64,000 bases of DNA from Enhydrobacter sp. (GCA_025808875.1 CP075528.1:1546473-1610472), one strand, 5' to 3'; positions 42,084 to 50,746 are shown, counted from the stretch's first letter. The notes: generated by a model from the letters alone, not told the origin. Translations and numbers: made by a program.

Positions 42084-44369
42084 ATGAGCGACGAGATGGA
42101 ATGGCTCTGGGCGATCCTCCAGGTCGAGGGACCGGAGCGGTTGTCGGAGGAGGAAAGCAGCCGGCTGGCCGATTGGCTCGCTGAACAGCCGCCGCCGTGG
42201 CCCCAGGATCTGTTGCCGACCTCCTCCGAAGACGCGTCGCGCGTCCTCGACTGGACGATGGCATTGCTGGTCGGCGATCGCCCCGATCGCGCAGCCGCGC
42301 CGGCGAGGATCGCGCTCGCCTATTGGGACACGCTGGTATCGCCCGGCCGGCGGGGCGCCCTCGCGCTGGTACTGGCGGCACATGCTGCGCTTCGCGCGTC
42401 TTCGCGGCTCGCGCCGCAGGGATCCGAGGAGGCGGAAGCGCTGGTTGCGCGAACTCGCACGCTCGATGCCGAGTCGATCCTCGACGCGGGTGAGCTGTTC
42501 ATGCCGCTCTATCGCTTCGCGCTTTTCTTGTCGGAACTTCGGCGCGATGGCGATGCCGAGACGGCGCTGCGCCTCGCCTTGAAACTCCTCGACCGGTCGG
42601 CAGGGGTACCGCCATTGGCGCACGCCGTCGTTCGCGAGGAACTCGCCGTCATCCTGCTCGCCCGCAATGCCGATGGCGAGGCGGAGCGCCTGGTGCGCGC
42701 GGCGATCGAAATCCGCGCGGAAGGCGATGCCGAAGCCCGAGAGGGACGCTGGCGTCCTTGGTTGAGCCTGGGAACGGTGCTGTGGCGTCATCGCGAGTGG
42801 GTGTCTGCCGGGGAAGCGCTTCGCGCGGCCGAACAGGCCGCACGGAGCGCCTTCGGTGAGCGCTCGGACGAAGCGGCAGCGTGCGCGGCGCATCGGGCGC
42901 GGTTCCGTCGCGACCAGTTGCATGCGTGCGAGCATGGCCGGTTGTTCGGTTGGGCACTGCGCGAGGCGACCGGCACCCCGTTCGAGCGTGCAGTCGCCTC
43001 CCTGCTGGCGGTGGCGGAGACGGTACGGAGCCTCGCCGATGCCGATGCGCTGTGGGCGGAGGCGGCGCGGCTGAAGGTGTGCGCCGGCGCAATCGACGAG
43101 GCTCTCGATCTTTCCGATCGCATGTTGTCGGCACCTCGGCACTCCTGGAGCGGCGCCGCCGTCTATGCCGATGGCGCCCGGGTTCTGTTCGCCATGGACG
43201 ATCGCATCCTGGCGGCGGACGTGTTGCGCCGGGGATTCGCCCGTGCCGCCCAGATCAAGGTGTTCGAACGGTGCGACGCACGCGCTGCCGAGCGTGACCT
43301 CATGGAGTGCATTGGCGAGCACGTGGGCGTCCTCGATAGCGCGGCATTCGCCACGTGGCTGATGGAGATCCTGCCTGCCGACGCACACAACATCGTTCGC
43401 GAGCACGAACTGGATCGCGCCGTCGGTCGGCGGGATCTCGCTGCCGCGCGCGAGATGTTTGCCGGTTGGGACTGGACACGCGGCGCCCCCGATGCCTGGT
43501 CGATGTGCGCCATGGGATGCCTGGCAGCGGAGCAGGGGGACTGTGAGCTGGCCCGGCGCCTCGTCGGTGCGCTCCAGGCGGGAAGCGACGCCTATCTCGC
43601 GGTCGAGATCCTACAGGCGGCCGGGTGGGCTGAGGAGGTCGAGATGGCGCTGGCCACGCTCCAGCCAGGCCGGCCGAGAGCCAACGGCCTCGCCATCGTG
43701 GCGCGGCGTGCGGCGGAACAGGGCGCCCGCGCGCTTTTCGATCGGATGGCGCAACGTGCGGTGGCGGAGCTGTCGCCCGACGACCTCGACCTGTCGATGG
43801 CCTTGCACGACGTAGCGCGCGGCGCTCGCACCTGCCTGAGTGCGGACGAAGCGGCGGCCTGGGCCTCGGCGCACCTGCCCGAGGAAGCGCGCGAGCCGTT
43901 CCGCTCGGTTCTGGCGGGGCCGGCCCCGGCCCCCGAGCCGTTACCCGGGCTCGCGGCGGCCATGACTGCCGGCGACTGGAAAACCGCGCTGGCGGCGCTG
44001 CGCTCGGTCGGCGACGCCTATTCGGATTTGCTCAATGCCGAGAGCCTGGCTACGGCCGCGGCGGCTGACGGCCGCGCCGACGTGGCACTGGCGGCGCTAC
44101 GCTTCGCGGCGTATCGGCTCGGTGGGAGGTTCGCCGAGGAGGGACATGTCGTGCATGAAGAGAGGGAAACACGTATGACTACCGCCCGACGGCTCGGCGA
44201 TGCGGCCTTTCGGCTCCTGCCGCCGGTCTCCCGCCTCACCCTCGCCGAGGAAGCCTTCGTCCGTGCTTCGGCGCTTGACGATATGCCATCGGCCGGCGCG
44301 CTGGTGGTGGCCGCGGCGATGTCGTGCCGGACGCCGTCGCCCGGAGTGCGCTATACCCCGTCGCGATGA
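42084..44369 (+). CDS. Large hypothetical protein, predicted all-alpha repeat (TPR-like) architecture, 761 aa
   Basis: ATG at 42084 lies 2 nt after the DMT stop, and its stop overlaps the next start (ATGA). Protein-like A/L/E/R/D composition, whereas the antisense ORF is Arg/Gly junk. No TM, signal peptide or catalytic motif recognised. Confidence 0.65.
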   Translation: MSDEMEWLWAILQVEGPERLSEEESSRLADWLAEQPPPWPQDLLPTSSEDASRVLDWTMALLVGDRPDRAAAPARIALAYWDTLVSPGRRGALALVLAAHAALRASSRLAPQGSEEAEALVARTRTLDAESILDAGELFMPLYRFALFLSELRRDGDAETALRLALKLLDRSAGVPPLAHAVVREELAVILLARNADGEAERLVRAAIEIRAEGDAEAREGRWRPWLSLGTVLWRHREWVSAGEALRAAEQAARSAFGERSDEAAACAAHRARFRRDQLHACEHGRLFGWALREATGTPFERAVASLLAVAETVRSLADADALWAEAARLKVCAGAIDEALDLSDRMLSAPRHSWSGAAVYADGARVLFAMDDRILAADVLRRGFARAAQIKVFERCDARAAERDLMECIGEHVGVLDSAAFATWLMEILPADAHNIVREHELDRAVGRRDLAAAREMFAGWDWTRGAPDAWSMCAMGCLAAEQGDCELARRLVGALQAGSDAYLAVEILQAAGWAEEVEMALATLQPGRPRANGLAIVARRAAEQGARALFDRMAQRAVAELSPDDLDLSMALHDVARGARTCLSADEAAAWASAHLPEEAREPFRSVLAGPAPAPEPLPGLAAAMTAGDWKTALAALRSVGDAYSDLLNAESLATAAAADGRADVALAALRFAAYRLGGRFAEEGHVVHEERETRMTTARRLGDAAFRLLPPVSRLTLAEEAFVRASALDDMPSAGALVVAAAMSCRTPSPGVRYTPSR

Positions 44370-44797
44370 GCGAACCATTACTCAGGGTCCGCGGCTGCCG
44401 CTGGATCGTCGTTCCCGGCGCCTCCGACCAGCGCGGCCGCGTCAACTTCCTCGAACTCGGCAAGGGTCTCGACTTCCAGCCCAGGCGCGTGTTCTGGCTG
44501 CATCACATCGCACCCGGCCAGTGGCGCGGCCGGCACGGCCATCGCGAATCGCAACTCGTCTTTGTCGCCGCCCATGGCGGCTGTCGCGTGCATCTCGACG
44601 ATGGCCGGACGACGGAGAGCGTGACGCTTGACGATCCGGCGCGCGCCCTCCATGTCGCGCCGTGGGTCTGGCATGAACTGACCGACTTCGCGCCGCAATC
44701 AGCGATCATGGTGCTGGCTTCGACCCTCTACGACGAGGCCGAGTACCTGCGCGACTACGAGACCTTCCGGCGCGAGGTCATGGAGCGGACGACGTGA
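44366..44797 (+). CDS. WxcM/FdtA-like cupin, dTDP-4-keto-6-deoxyhexose 3,4-ketoisomerase candidate, 143 aa
   Basis: Size and the RGRHGHRE motif (RGxHxH+ of FdtA/QdtA). Translationally coupled to a DegT-type aminotransferase. Confidence 0.7.
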   Translation: MSEPLLRVRGCRWIVVPGASDQRGRVNFLELGKGLDFQPRRVFWLHHIAPGQWRGRHGHRESQLVFVAAHGGCRVHLDDGRTTESVTLDDPARALHVAPWVWHELTDFAPQSAIMVLASTLYDEAEYLRDYETFRREVMERTT

Positions 44798-45894
44798 TTC
44801 CCTTCCTCGACATGAAGTCGGTCTATGCCGAGCTGAGGCCTGAGCTCGACGCGGCCTACCACAGGGTCATGGAGTCGGGCTGGTACGTGCTCGGCAAGGA
44901 GGTCGAGGCCTTCGAAGCCGAGTACGCCGCGTTCTGCGGCACGAAGCATTGCATCGGCGTGGGCAACGGGCTCGAGGCGCTGGAACTCGTGTTGCGCTGC
45001 TGGGACATCGGCGCAGGCGACGAGGTCGTCGTGCCATCCAACACCTACATCGCGACCTGGCTCGCGGTCGAGGCGGTGGGCGCCACTGTGGTGCCCGTCG
45101 AGCCCACGACCGACGGGCCCAACCTCGACCCCGAGCGGATCGACGCGGCGCTGACGCCGCGCACTCGCGCGATCATGCCGGTGCACCTCTACGGCGAGCC
45201 CGCCGACATGGACGCGATCATGGCGATCGCCTCCCGGCATGGACTCAAGGTGGTCGAGGATGTCGCACAGGCGCAGGGCGCCCGGGTGCGCGGCCGGCGG
45301 ACTGGCGCATTGGGGCATGCCGGCGCGCACTCGTTCTTTCCGACCAAGAATATCGGCGCCTTCGGCGACGGCGGCGCCGTCACCACCGACGACGACGGAC
45401 TGGCCGACCGACTGCGCACCCTGCGCAACTACGGCAGCAGGATCAAGTACGTCAACATCGAGCGCGGCGTGAACTCGCGGCTCGACGAGCTGCAGGCGGC
45501 CTTCCTGCGGGTGAAGCTCGGCAAGCTCGACGAGTGGAACGAACGCCGCCGTGCGCTCGCCGCGTGCTACGATGACAAGCTGGCGGGCATCCCTGGCCTG
45601 GGACTGCCGCGCGTGCCGCAATGGGCGGAGCCCGTGTGGCATCTCTATGTCGTGCGCACGATGCGCCGCGCCGACGTGGTCAAGGCCCTGGAGGCGGCCG
45701 GCATCGGCTCGCTGATTCACTATCCGATCCCGCCGCACTTGCAGCAGGCCTATGCCGACCTCGGGTTGGGGAAGGGGGCCTATCCGCTGGCCGAGCGGCT
45801 CGCGGAAACCGTGCTCAGCCTGCCGATGGGACCGCACCTGTCGATCGAAGAGGTCGACGAGATCGCCCAGGTGGTGCGCGCCTCGCTCGCCTGA
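44794..45894 (+). CDS. DegT/DnrJ/EryC1/StrS-family PLP aminotransferase (FdtB/QdtB-like), 366 aa
   Basis: GTG start overlaps the upstream stop. Contains GKEVEAFEAEYAAFCG and HSFFPTKNIGAFGDGGAVTT (PLP lysine). Confidence 0.9.
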   Translation: MIPFLDMKSVYAELRPELDAAYHRVMESGWYVLGKEVEAFEAEYAAFCGTKHCIGVGNGLEALELVLRCWDIGAGDEVVVPSNTYIATWLAVEAVGATVVPVEPTTDGPNLDPERIDAALTPRTRAIMPVHLYGEPADMDAIMAIASRHGLKVVEDVAQAQGARVRGRRTGALGHAGAHSFFPTKNIGAFGDGGAVTTDDDGLADRLRTLRNYGSRIKYVNIERGVNSRLDELQAAFLRVKLGKLDEWNERRRALAACYDDKLAGIPGLGLPRVPQWAEPVWHLYVVRTMRRADVVKALEAAGIGSLIHYPIPPHLQQAYADLGLGKGAYPLAERLAETVLSLPMGPHLSIEEVDEIAQVVRASLA

Positions 45895-45929
45895 GCGCAA
45901 CGACGGCCGGTCGCGTTCGTTTTCTCGGC

Positions 45930-46349
45930 ATGAGAGTGCCGACGATCGTTCTCGCCTTCCTGATGACGGCGGCACCGGCTGCCGCCGGGTGCCTGGAGGA
46001 CGTGCGGGAACTCGCCACGGAACATCGCCTGTCGACCGATCCACCGACCGTGACTCCCGGCAACCCGCCCGGCGGATCTCGGACCGACGAACTGGCGCGG
46101 TCCAAGGGCGTGATCGAGCCGCCGCGCATGTCCGACCGGTCGGTGATCGCGCCGCCCGCGGGGGTCGATCCGGGGATGAAGACCCTGCCTGACCTGGTCC
46201 CCAACGCGCAGGACAGGGCGGCCGTCAACCGCATCGCCTTGCAGGCCCTGCTCACCGCGGCGCGCGCCCAGGCCGAGCGAGGCGAGGAAGCGCGCTGCCG
46301 CGAGCAGCTCGACGAGGCGCGTCGGCTGCTCGGGCGCTCGACACTCTAA
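45930..46349 (+). CDS. Hypothetical secreted protein or lipoprotein, 139 aa
   Basis: Signal peptide MRVPTIVLAFLMTAAPAAAGC, then Pro-rich and helical segments. Confidence 0.55.
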   Translation: MRVPTIVLAFLMTAAPAAAGCLEDVRELATEHRLSTDPPTVTPGNPPGGSRTDELARSKGVIEPPRMSDRSVIAPPAGVDPGMKTLPDLVPNAQDRAAVNRIALQALLTAARAQAERGEEARCREQLDEARRLLGRSTL

Positions 46350-46585
46350 TAGGGGTACGCTGTTTCGGCGGGCGGATGCATGCCGCGATACTCGCGGTAA
46401 TACGCACCGCGCGTGCCGTAGGCATAGGCCGTCTGGGTTGCCGGCGAATAGTAGCCGTAGCCGGTGGCCGGCGTGTAGTAGGTGTAGCCCGGATGATAGG
46501 CCGAGCGGTGATAGGTTCGGCTCTCGCAGCCGGCGACGACGGTAACCAGCGCCGCCGCCGCCGTGATACAGGCGATGCGTCTCAT
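46346..46585 (-). CDS. Small Tyr/Gly-rich lipoprotein, 79 aa
   Basis: MRRIACITAAAALVTVVAGC lipobox. The mature part has 15 Tyr in 59 residues. Stop codon overlaps the stop of the convergent gene. Confidence 0.55.
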   Translation of the reverse strand: MRRIACITAAAALVTVVAGCESRTYHRSAYHPGYTYYTPATGYGYYSPATQTAYAYGTRGAYYREYRGMHPPAETAYPY

Positions 46586-46702
46586 GGCGTTCTCCTCGAA
46601 GGATGTGGCGATTCAACTCGGCTGGCCTTGCGGGGTTGCCGGCTTGCCCCAATCCGCCCCTTTCCTGCTACGGTGCTGCCGCAAGCGCGGGAGGGACCCA
46701 TC

Positions 46703-47554
46703 ATGAAAATCGGCGCCGTCGCCTTCTTCACCACCGAGACGATGCAGCCCGCGCCGCTCGCGCGCGCGCTCGAGGAACGCGGCTTCGAATCGCTCTGGGT
46801 GCCCGAGCACACGCACATTCCCTCGTCGCGCAAGACAGCCTATCCGGCGGGCGGCGGCTTGATCCGGCCCTACTACGACATCATGGATCCGTTCCTCGCG
46901 CTCAACACGGCGGCGACCGTCACGACGACACTCAGGATCGGCACCGGTATCGCGCTGGTCGTCCAGCGCGATCCCATCGTGACCGCCAAGATGGTGTCGA
47001 CCATCGACCAGCTGTCTAGCGGCCGTTTCCTGTTCGGCGTCGGCAACGGCTGGAACCAGGACGAGATCGAGAACCATGGCACCGACTTCAAGTCGCGCCA
47101 CAAGCTGGCGCGCGAGCGCATCGAGGCGATGAAGGCGATCTGGGCGAACGAAGAGCCCGAGTATCACGGTGAATTCGTGAAGTTCGACAAGATGAAGCAA
47201 TGGCCCAAGCCGAAGCAGAAGCCGCATCCGCCCATCATCGTCGGGGGCGGCTTTCCGCACGCCGCGCGCCGCGCCGTGCGTTACGGCGACGGTTGGATCC
47301 CGCGCGACGACTGGCTGGAGCGCGACGGCATCGGCGTGATCGACAAGTTCCGCACCATGGCGAAGGAGGCGGGACGCGACCCGGCCAGCCTGCCGATCAG
47401 CCTGTTCCGCGTGCCCGACAGGATCGAACGCCTGCGCCAGTACCGCGATCTCGGCATCGACCGCGTCGTTTTCACCCTGCCGGCCGAAAAAGAGGACAAG
47501 CTCCTGCCGATCATGGATCACTGGGTCGAACTCGGGCGTCAGCTCGACACCTGA
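46703..47554 (+). CDS. Luciferase-like monooxygenase (LLM) class flavin/F420-dependent oxidoreductase, 283 aa
   Basis: MKIGAVAFFTTE..., GFESLWVPEHTHIP and GRFLFGVGNGWNQDE. Confidence 0.85.
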   Translation: MKIGAVAFFTTETMQPAPLARALEERGFESLWVPEHTHIPSSRKTAYPAGGGLIRPYYDIMDPFLALNTAATVTTTLRIGTGIALVVQRDPIVTAKMVSTIDQLSSGRFLFGVGNGWNQDEIENHGTDFKSRHKLARERIEAMKAIWANEEPEYHGEFVKFDKMKQWPKPKQKPHPPIIVGGGFPHAARRAVRYGDGWIPRDDWLERDGIGVIDKFRTMAKEAGRDPASLPISLFRVPDRIERLRQYRDLGIDRVVFTLPAEKEDKLLPIMDHWVELGRQLDT

Positions 47555-47608
47555 CCGCGGCAACCGCGCGCCGGGAGTCGTCGTTGCCTCGCGATTAGGG
47601 AGGTGAGC

Positions 47609-47734
47609 ATGTCCGACATCGCTCGTCCGCCGCGCCGCTGGCGGGAGGCTCTTCGTCCGATCGCCGTGTCCTCGATCGCCGTTCTCGTGGCGGCATCTAT
47701 CGTCCACCTCATTTCGCTGGGCCGCGGCATCTGA
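47609..47734 (+). CDS. Candidate small single-TM protein, 41 aa (below the ORF-track size cut-off)
   Basis: ATG at 47609 lies 5 nt after GGGAGG. Translates to MSDIARPPRRWREALRPIAVSSIAVLVAASIVHLISLGRGI. Ends 100 nt upstream of the SGNH gene. Confidence 0.35.
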   Translation: MSDIARPPRRWREALRPIAVSSIAVLVAASIVHLISLGRGI

Positions 47735-47833
47735 CACAGGGTGGTCACGGGCCCGCCCGCGCCGTCCTCGATCGATCACACCCACTGCACCTCCGGCCAT
47801 GCCAACGTTCCCGGAATTGGTGGGACATCGGAC

Positions 47834-48928
47834 ATGGTCGACATTTCGCGTTCACCGGTCGGTCGAGCGCGGCTACGCGAGAGGTTGTTCGCCGTCATCG
47901 TGCCGATGGCGAGCATGATCTTCGCCTTTGCCGCAGCCGAACTCGCCGCCCGCGCTTTCGGCTCAGACGCCAAGCGATGGGAGTGGCGCAATTTCATCGT
48001 CGAGCCTCTTCCGCTCGAGAATCGCTGGAGGGTCATAGAGCCAGATGCCGAACTCGGCTACGCGCCGCGCCCCGGCGGGCACAGCGACCAGCGCGGCCTG
48101 GGACGGCTCACCTTCGATGAACGCGGGCTGCGAGCCCATCATGACCGGCCTCCATTCTACGCGTCCGCGACGCCCTTGCTCGTGGTCGGCGACTCCTACG
48201 CCATGGGCGAACAGGTGGGAGACGATCAGACTTTCCCCGCCCACCTGCAAGCCGCGCTCGGCAGGCCGGTGCTGAACGGCGGCGTGTTCGGCTACGGTCT
48301 CGACCAGATCGTGCTGCGTGCGGAGCGACTGGTGCCGCGCTTTGCCCCCGACACCCTGGTGCTGAGCTTCATCGCCGACGACGTCAGGCGCACGCGCATG
48401 AGTATCCTGTGGGGCCTGCCGAAGCCCTATTTCATCGTCGAGAACGGCAGGCTCGTGTTGCGCAACGTGCCTGTCCCGCCGCGCCCAAGCGCCGCCGTCG
48501 GCCCCGTGCGCAGCGTGCTTGGCTACTCTTTCCTGGCCGATGTGCTGGCGCGACGGCTGGAGCTCGATCCGTGGTGGCTGCGCGGCCAGCCGCTGCATGC
48601 CGAGGCCGAACATGATGACGGGCTGCGGGTATCCTGCCTGCTGATGGCGCGACTGCGCCGTCTTGCCGAGACCCATCGCCTGCGCGTGCTGGTGGTCGGT
48701 CAATACACGCCGGATGCCTGGCGGCGTGCCTCGACGCGTCGCTTCGAGATCGCGAACGTCGCACCCGTCCTGGCGTGCGCACGCAACCAAGGGTTCGACA
48801 CGCTGGATACGCGCGAACACATCGAGCACGCAGTGCGGCGTGATGGCGTCGATCGCCACTATGTCGACAAGCACATGAGCGACGAGGGCAACCGGCTCAT
48901 GGCCGAACTGATCCTTCGTCGCCTTTGA
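47834..48928 (+). CDS. Membrane-anchored SGNH/GDSL-like hydrolase or acyltransferase, 364 aa
   Basis: N-terminal TM anchor, block-I-like LLVVGDSYAMG, and GGVFGYGLDQ. Otherwise unrecognised. Confidence 0.6.
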   Translation: MVDISRSPVGRARLRERLFAVIVPMASMIFAFAAAELAARAFGSDAKRWEWRNFIVEPLPLENRWRVIEPDAELGYAPRPGGHSDQRGLGRLTFDERGLRAHHDRPPFYASATPLLVVGDSYAMGEQVGDDQTFPAHLQAALGRPVLNGGVFGYGLDQIVLRAERLVPRFAPDTLVLSFIADDVRRTRMSILWGLPKPYFIVENGRLVLRNVPVPPRPSAAVGPVRSVLGYSFLADVLARRLELDPWWLRGQPLHAEAEHDDGLRVSCLLMARLRRLAETHRLRVLVVGQYTPDAWRRASTRRFEIANVAPVLACARNQGFDTLDTREHIEHAVRRDGVDRHYVDKHMSDEGNRLMAELILRRL

Positions 48929-49059
48929 TCCCGGCGGCCGGGGACCCCAACCCTCGTCTGCCACTCGCCCCTGCGGGGAGAATTCACGACCGGGTCGTGC
49001 ATCCTTTCGAAGGGTCGAGCGTTGCCCCCCCGACGCGGGGAAAATTGCGAGGAGATGGG

Positions 49060-49749
49060 ATGATGCTGAAACCCCTGGTTGCCGCCTTTGCCGCAGCGCT
49101 GCTGCTGACGGCCTGCGAATCGACGCCGCCGCCGCAGGCTGCCGCGCCGCCCCCGCCGCCGCCGGCGCAGGCGCCGACCTACATGGTGTTCTTCGATTGG
49201 GACAAATCCGACCTGTCGTCCCAGGCCCTGTCGACCATCCGCCAGGCCGCACAGGCCTACAAGAGCACGGGAAGCGCGCGCATCCAGGCGATCGGCCACA
49301 CCGACACGTCGGGCCCGCCGGACTACAACATGGCGCTGTCGTTGCGGCGCGCCACCGCCGTCAAGAGCGCACTGGTCCGCGAAGGCGTGCCCGCGACGTC
49401 GATCGAGACCGTCGGCCGCGGCGAGAGTCAGCCCCTGGTGCAGACTGGAGACGGCGTGCGCGAACCGCAGAACCGCCGCGTGGAGATCACCGGTCTCCAG
49501 CCGATGACGCAGCAGCAGGTGATGGCGGTGTTCCGCGACCCCGCGTCCTACTGCAAGGCGCTGAGCGACAAGTATCGCCAGTACCGCACCTCGGCGATCG
49601 AGGAGCGCGAGGCGGCGGCGATCGCCAAGTGCGACGCCGGCCGCCACGCGGAGGGCATTCCCGTCCTCGAGGACTCGCTGATTCGCGACAAGATTCCGTT
49701 GCCGGCTCCCGGCTATCGCTGGCCCGGCCGGCCGATTGCGCCGGCCTGA
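49060..49749 (+). CDS. OmpA-family peptidoglycan-binding lipoprotein with C-terminal extension, 229 aa
   Basis: Lipobox LLLTAC, a Pro-rich linker, and the OmpA_C motif GHTDTSGPPDYNMALSLRRATAV...NRRVEI. Confidence 0.88.
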   Translation: MMLKPLVAAFAAALLLTACESTPPPQAAAPPPPPPAQAPTYMVFFDWDKSDLSSQALSTIRQAAQAYKSTGSARIQAIGHTDTSGPPDYNMALSLRRATAVKSALVREGVPATSIETVGRGESQPLVQTGDGVREPQNRRVEITGLQPMTQQQVMAVFRDPASYCKALSDKYRQYRTSAIEEREAAAIAKCDAGRHAEGIPVLEDSLIRDKIPLPAPGYRWPGRPIAPA

Positions 49750-49778
49750 TCCGGATCGTTCGATCGGACATGAAAGGG

Positions 49779-49812
49779 AAGGGCGGCCCACCGGGCCGCC
49801 CTTGCTCCTTTG
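49779..49812 (+). terminator. Rho-independent terminator candidate after the OmpA-like gene
   Basis: 11-bp GC-rich stem AAGGGCGGCCC-ACC-GGGCCGCCCTT followed by GCTCCTTTGCG. Confidence 0.6.
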
Positions 49813-49875
49813 CGCGGATCGCGTTTGCTCTCGCGTGCCGATCCCGTTGGACCTTCTCGCGACAGCAAGACGTCC

Positions 49876-50152
49876 GGCGGAAATACCGGAAATACCGCAA
49901 ACCTCCGGTCATGTGTCGGGAGGACGGGTCGCGACCGGCGCTCGCGAAACATAAAAACGGCATGCAGGAATTGCAGAAATTCCCGCGCGGCCCTCGCGGC
50001 CGGGTGTGGTCGTGGTGCTCATGCGCGCATCTTGCCTCGACACGCCGGCGCGGACCTAATCGGGTCGGTGGATTCCGTCCGATACCGATGGGATCTGCAT
50101 CGGAAGGCCGTTCGACCCCCTCGTTTCGGCCCGGCGCGGAGAGTCGGATTCG
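49876..50152 (+). repeat. Intergenic repeat element, copy B
   Basis: Arrays CGGAAATAC CGGAAATAC CGCAAACCT (49878-49904) and GCAGGAATT GCAGAAATT (49964-49981). Core 49975-50120 is about 85% identical to the reverse complement of 8946-9092. Confidence 0.75.
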
Positions 50153-50167
50153 TCCGTGGTCGGGCTT

Positions 50168-50434
50168 CTATCGGCGCCGAGGAAGACTCTGGCTGTCGAG
50201 TTTCTCCAGCAGTTCATCGTAGTGACCTGAAGATCCGAGCGACGCTGCCTTCGGCAACAGATCGAAGCATTCCTTGCCCTCCGGAGTGAGGCGTGGACCG
50301 TCCTTGCTCTCCTCGATCAACCTCAGCCGGCGTAGCCGGCCGAGGTCCTCCTTGCGCATCGCCCGTACCTCGGACTGGCCATAGGCGACGCGCCTCAGCG
50401 TCACTTGCTCATCGTCGGTCAGGATCGGCGGCAT
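50168..50434 (-). CDS. Hypothetical small protein with wHTH-like segment, 88 aa
   Basis: ATG at 50434 is preceded by AGGAGA. LRRLRLIEESKDGPRLTPEGKECFDLL resembles a MarR-type wing. The upstream part of the 180-aa track ORF looks non-coding. Confidence 0.5.
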   Translation of the reverse strand: MPPILTDDEQVTLRRVAYGQSEVRAMRKEDLGRLRRLRLIEESKDGPRLTPEGKECFDLLPKAASLGSSGHYDELLEKLDSQSLPRRR

Positions 50435-50746
50435 GCTTGTCTCCTGTCGATGGGAGTGGACTGGCGGCCGGCGGCGCCGGGTCCAGGCCCGTCCGCTGAA
50501 GACGCGGCATGCGGGTGGAAGCCTCGCGCCGGTCGATGCCGAGTCTCCGCAACAGCATGAGCTCGCCGCGGATGAGTCGTTTGAGGGTCGTGAGGGTATC
50601 CGACTCCAAGAGAGGCCTCGATTTTCAGGGAACTTGGCCAGCGTGGCCGACCGGCGTGCACGCCTGCTGCGACAACGAACATGGTGGGCCACCGCGATGG
50701 CGGCAAGCACTAATCTCCCGCGGTTATCCTCCGCGCAAGGAAGCCG

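Noticed and set aside
41100-44369. 1089-aa ORF spanning the DMT gene and the 761-aa gene.
   Set aside because: The first 328 codons are an alternative frame across the DMT transporter gene (Arg/Gly-rich). The internal ATG at 42084 directly follows the DMT stop.
50409-50609. 66-aa minus-strand ORF starting MESDTLTTLKRLIRGELMLLRRLGIDRREA.
   Set aside because: Only the first 30 or so residues look protein-like, the rest is Pro/Ala/Arg-rich, and it overlaps the start of the 88-aa ORF. It may be a decayed gene, so it is kept only as a note.
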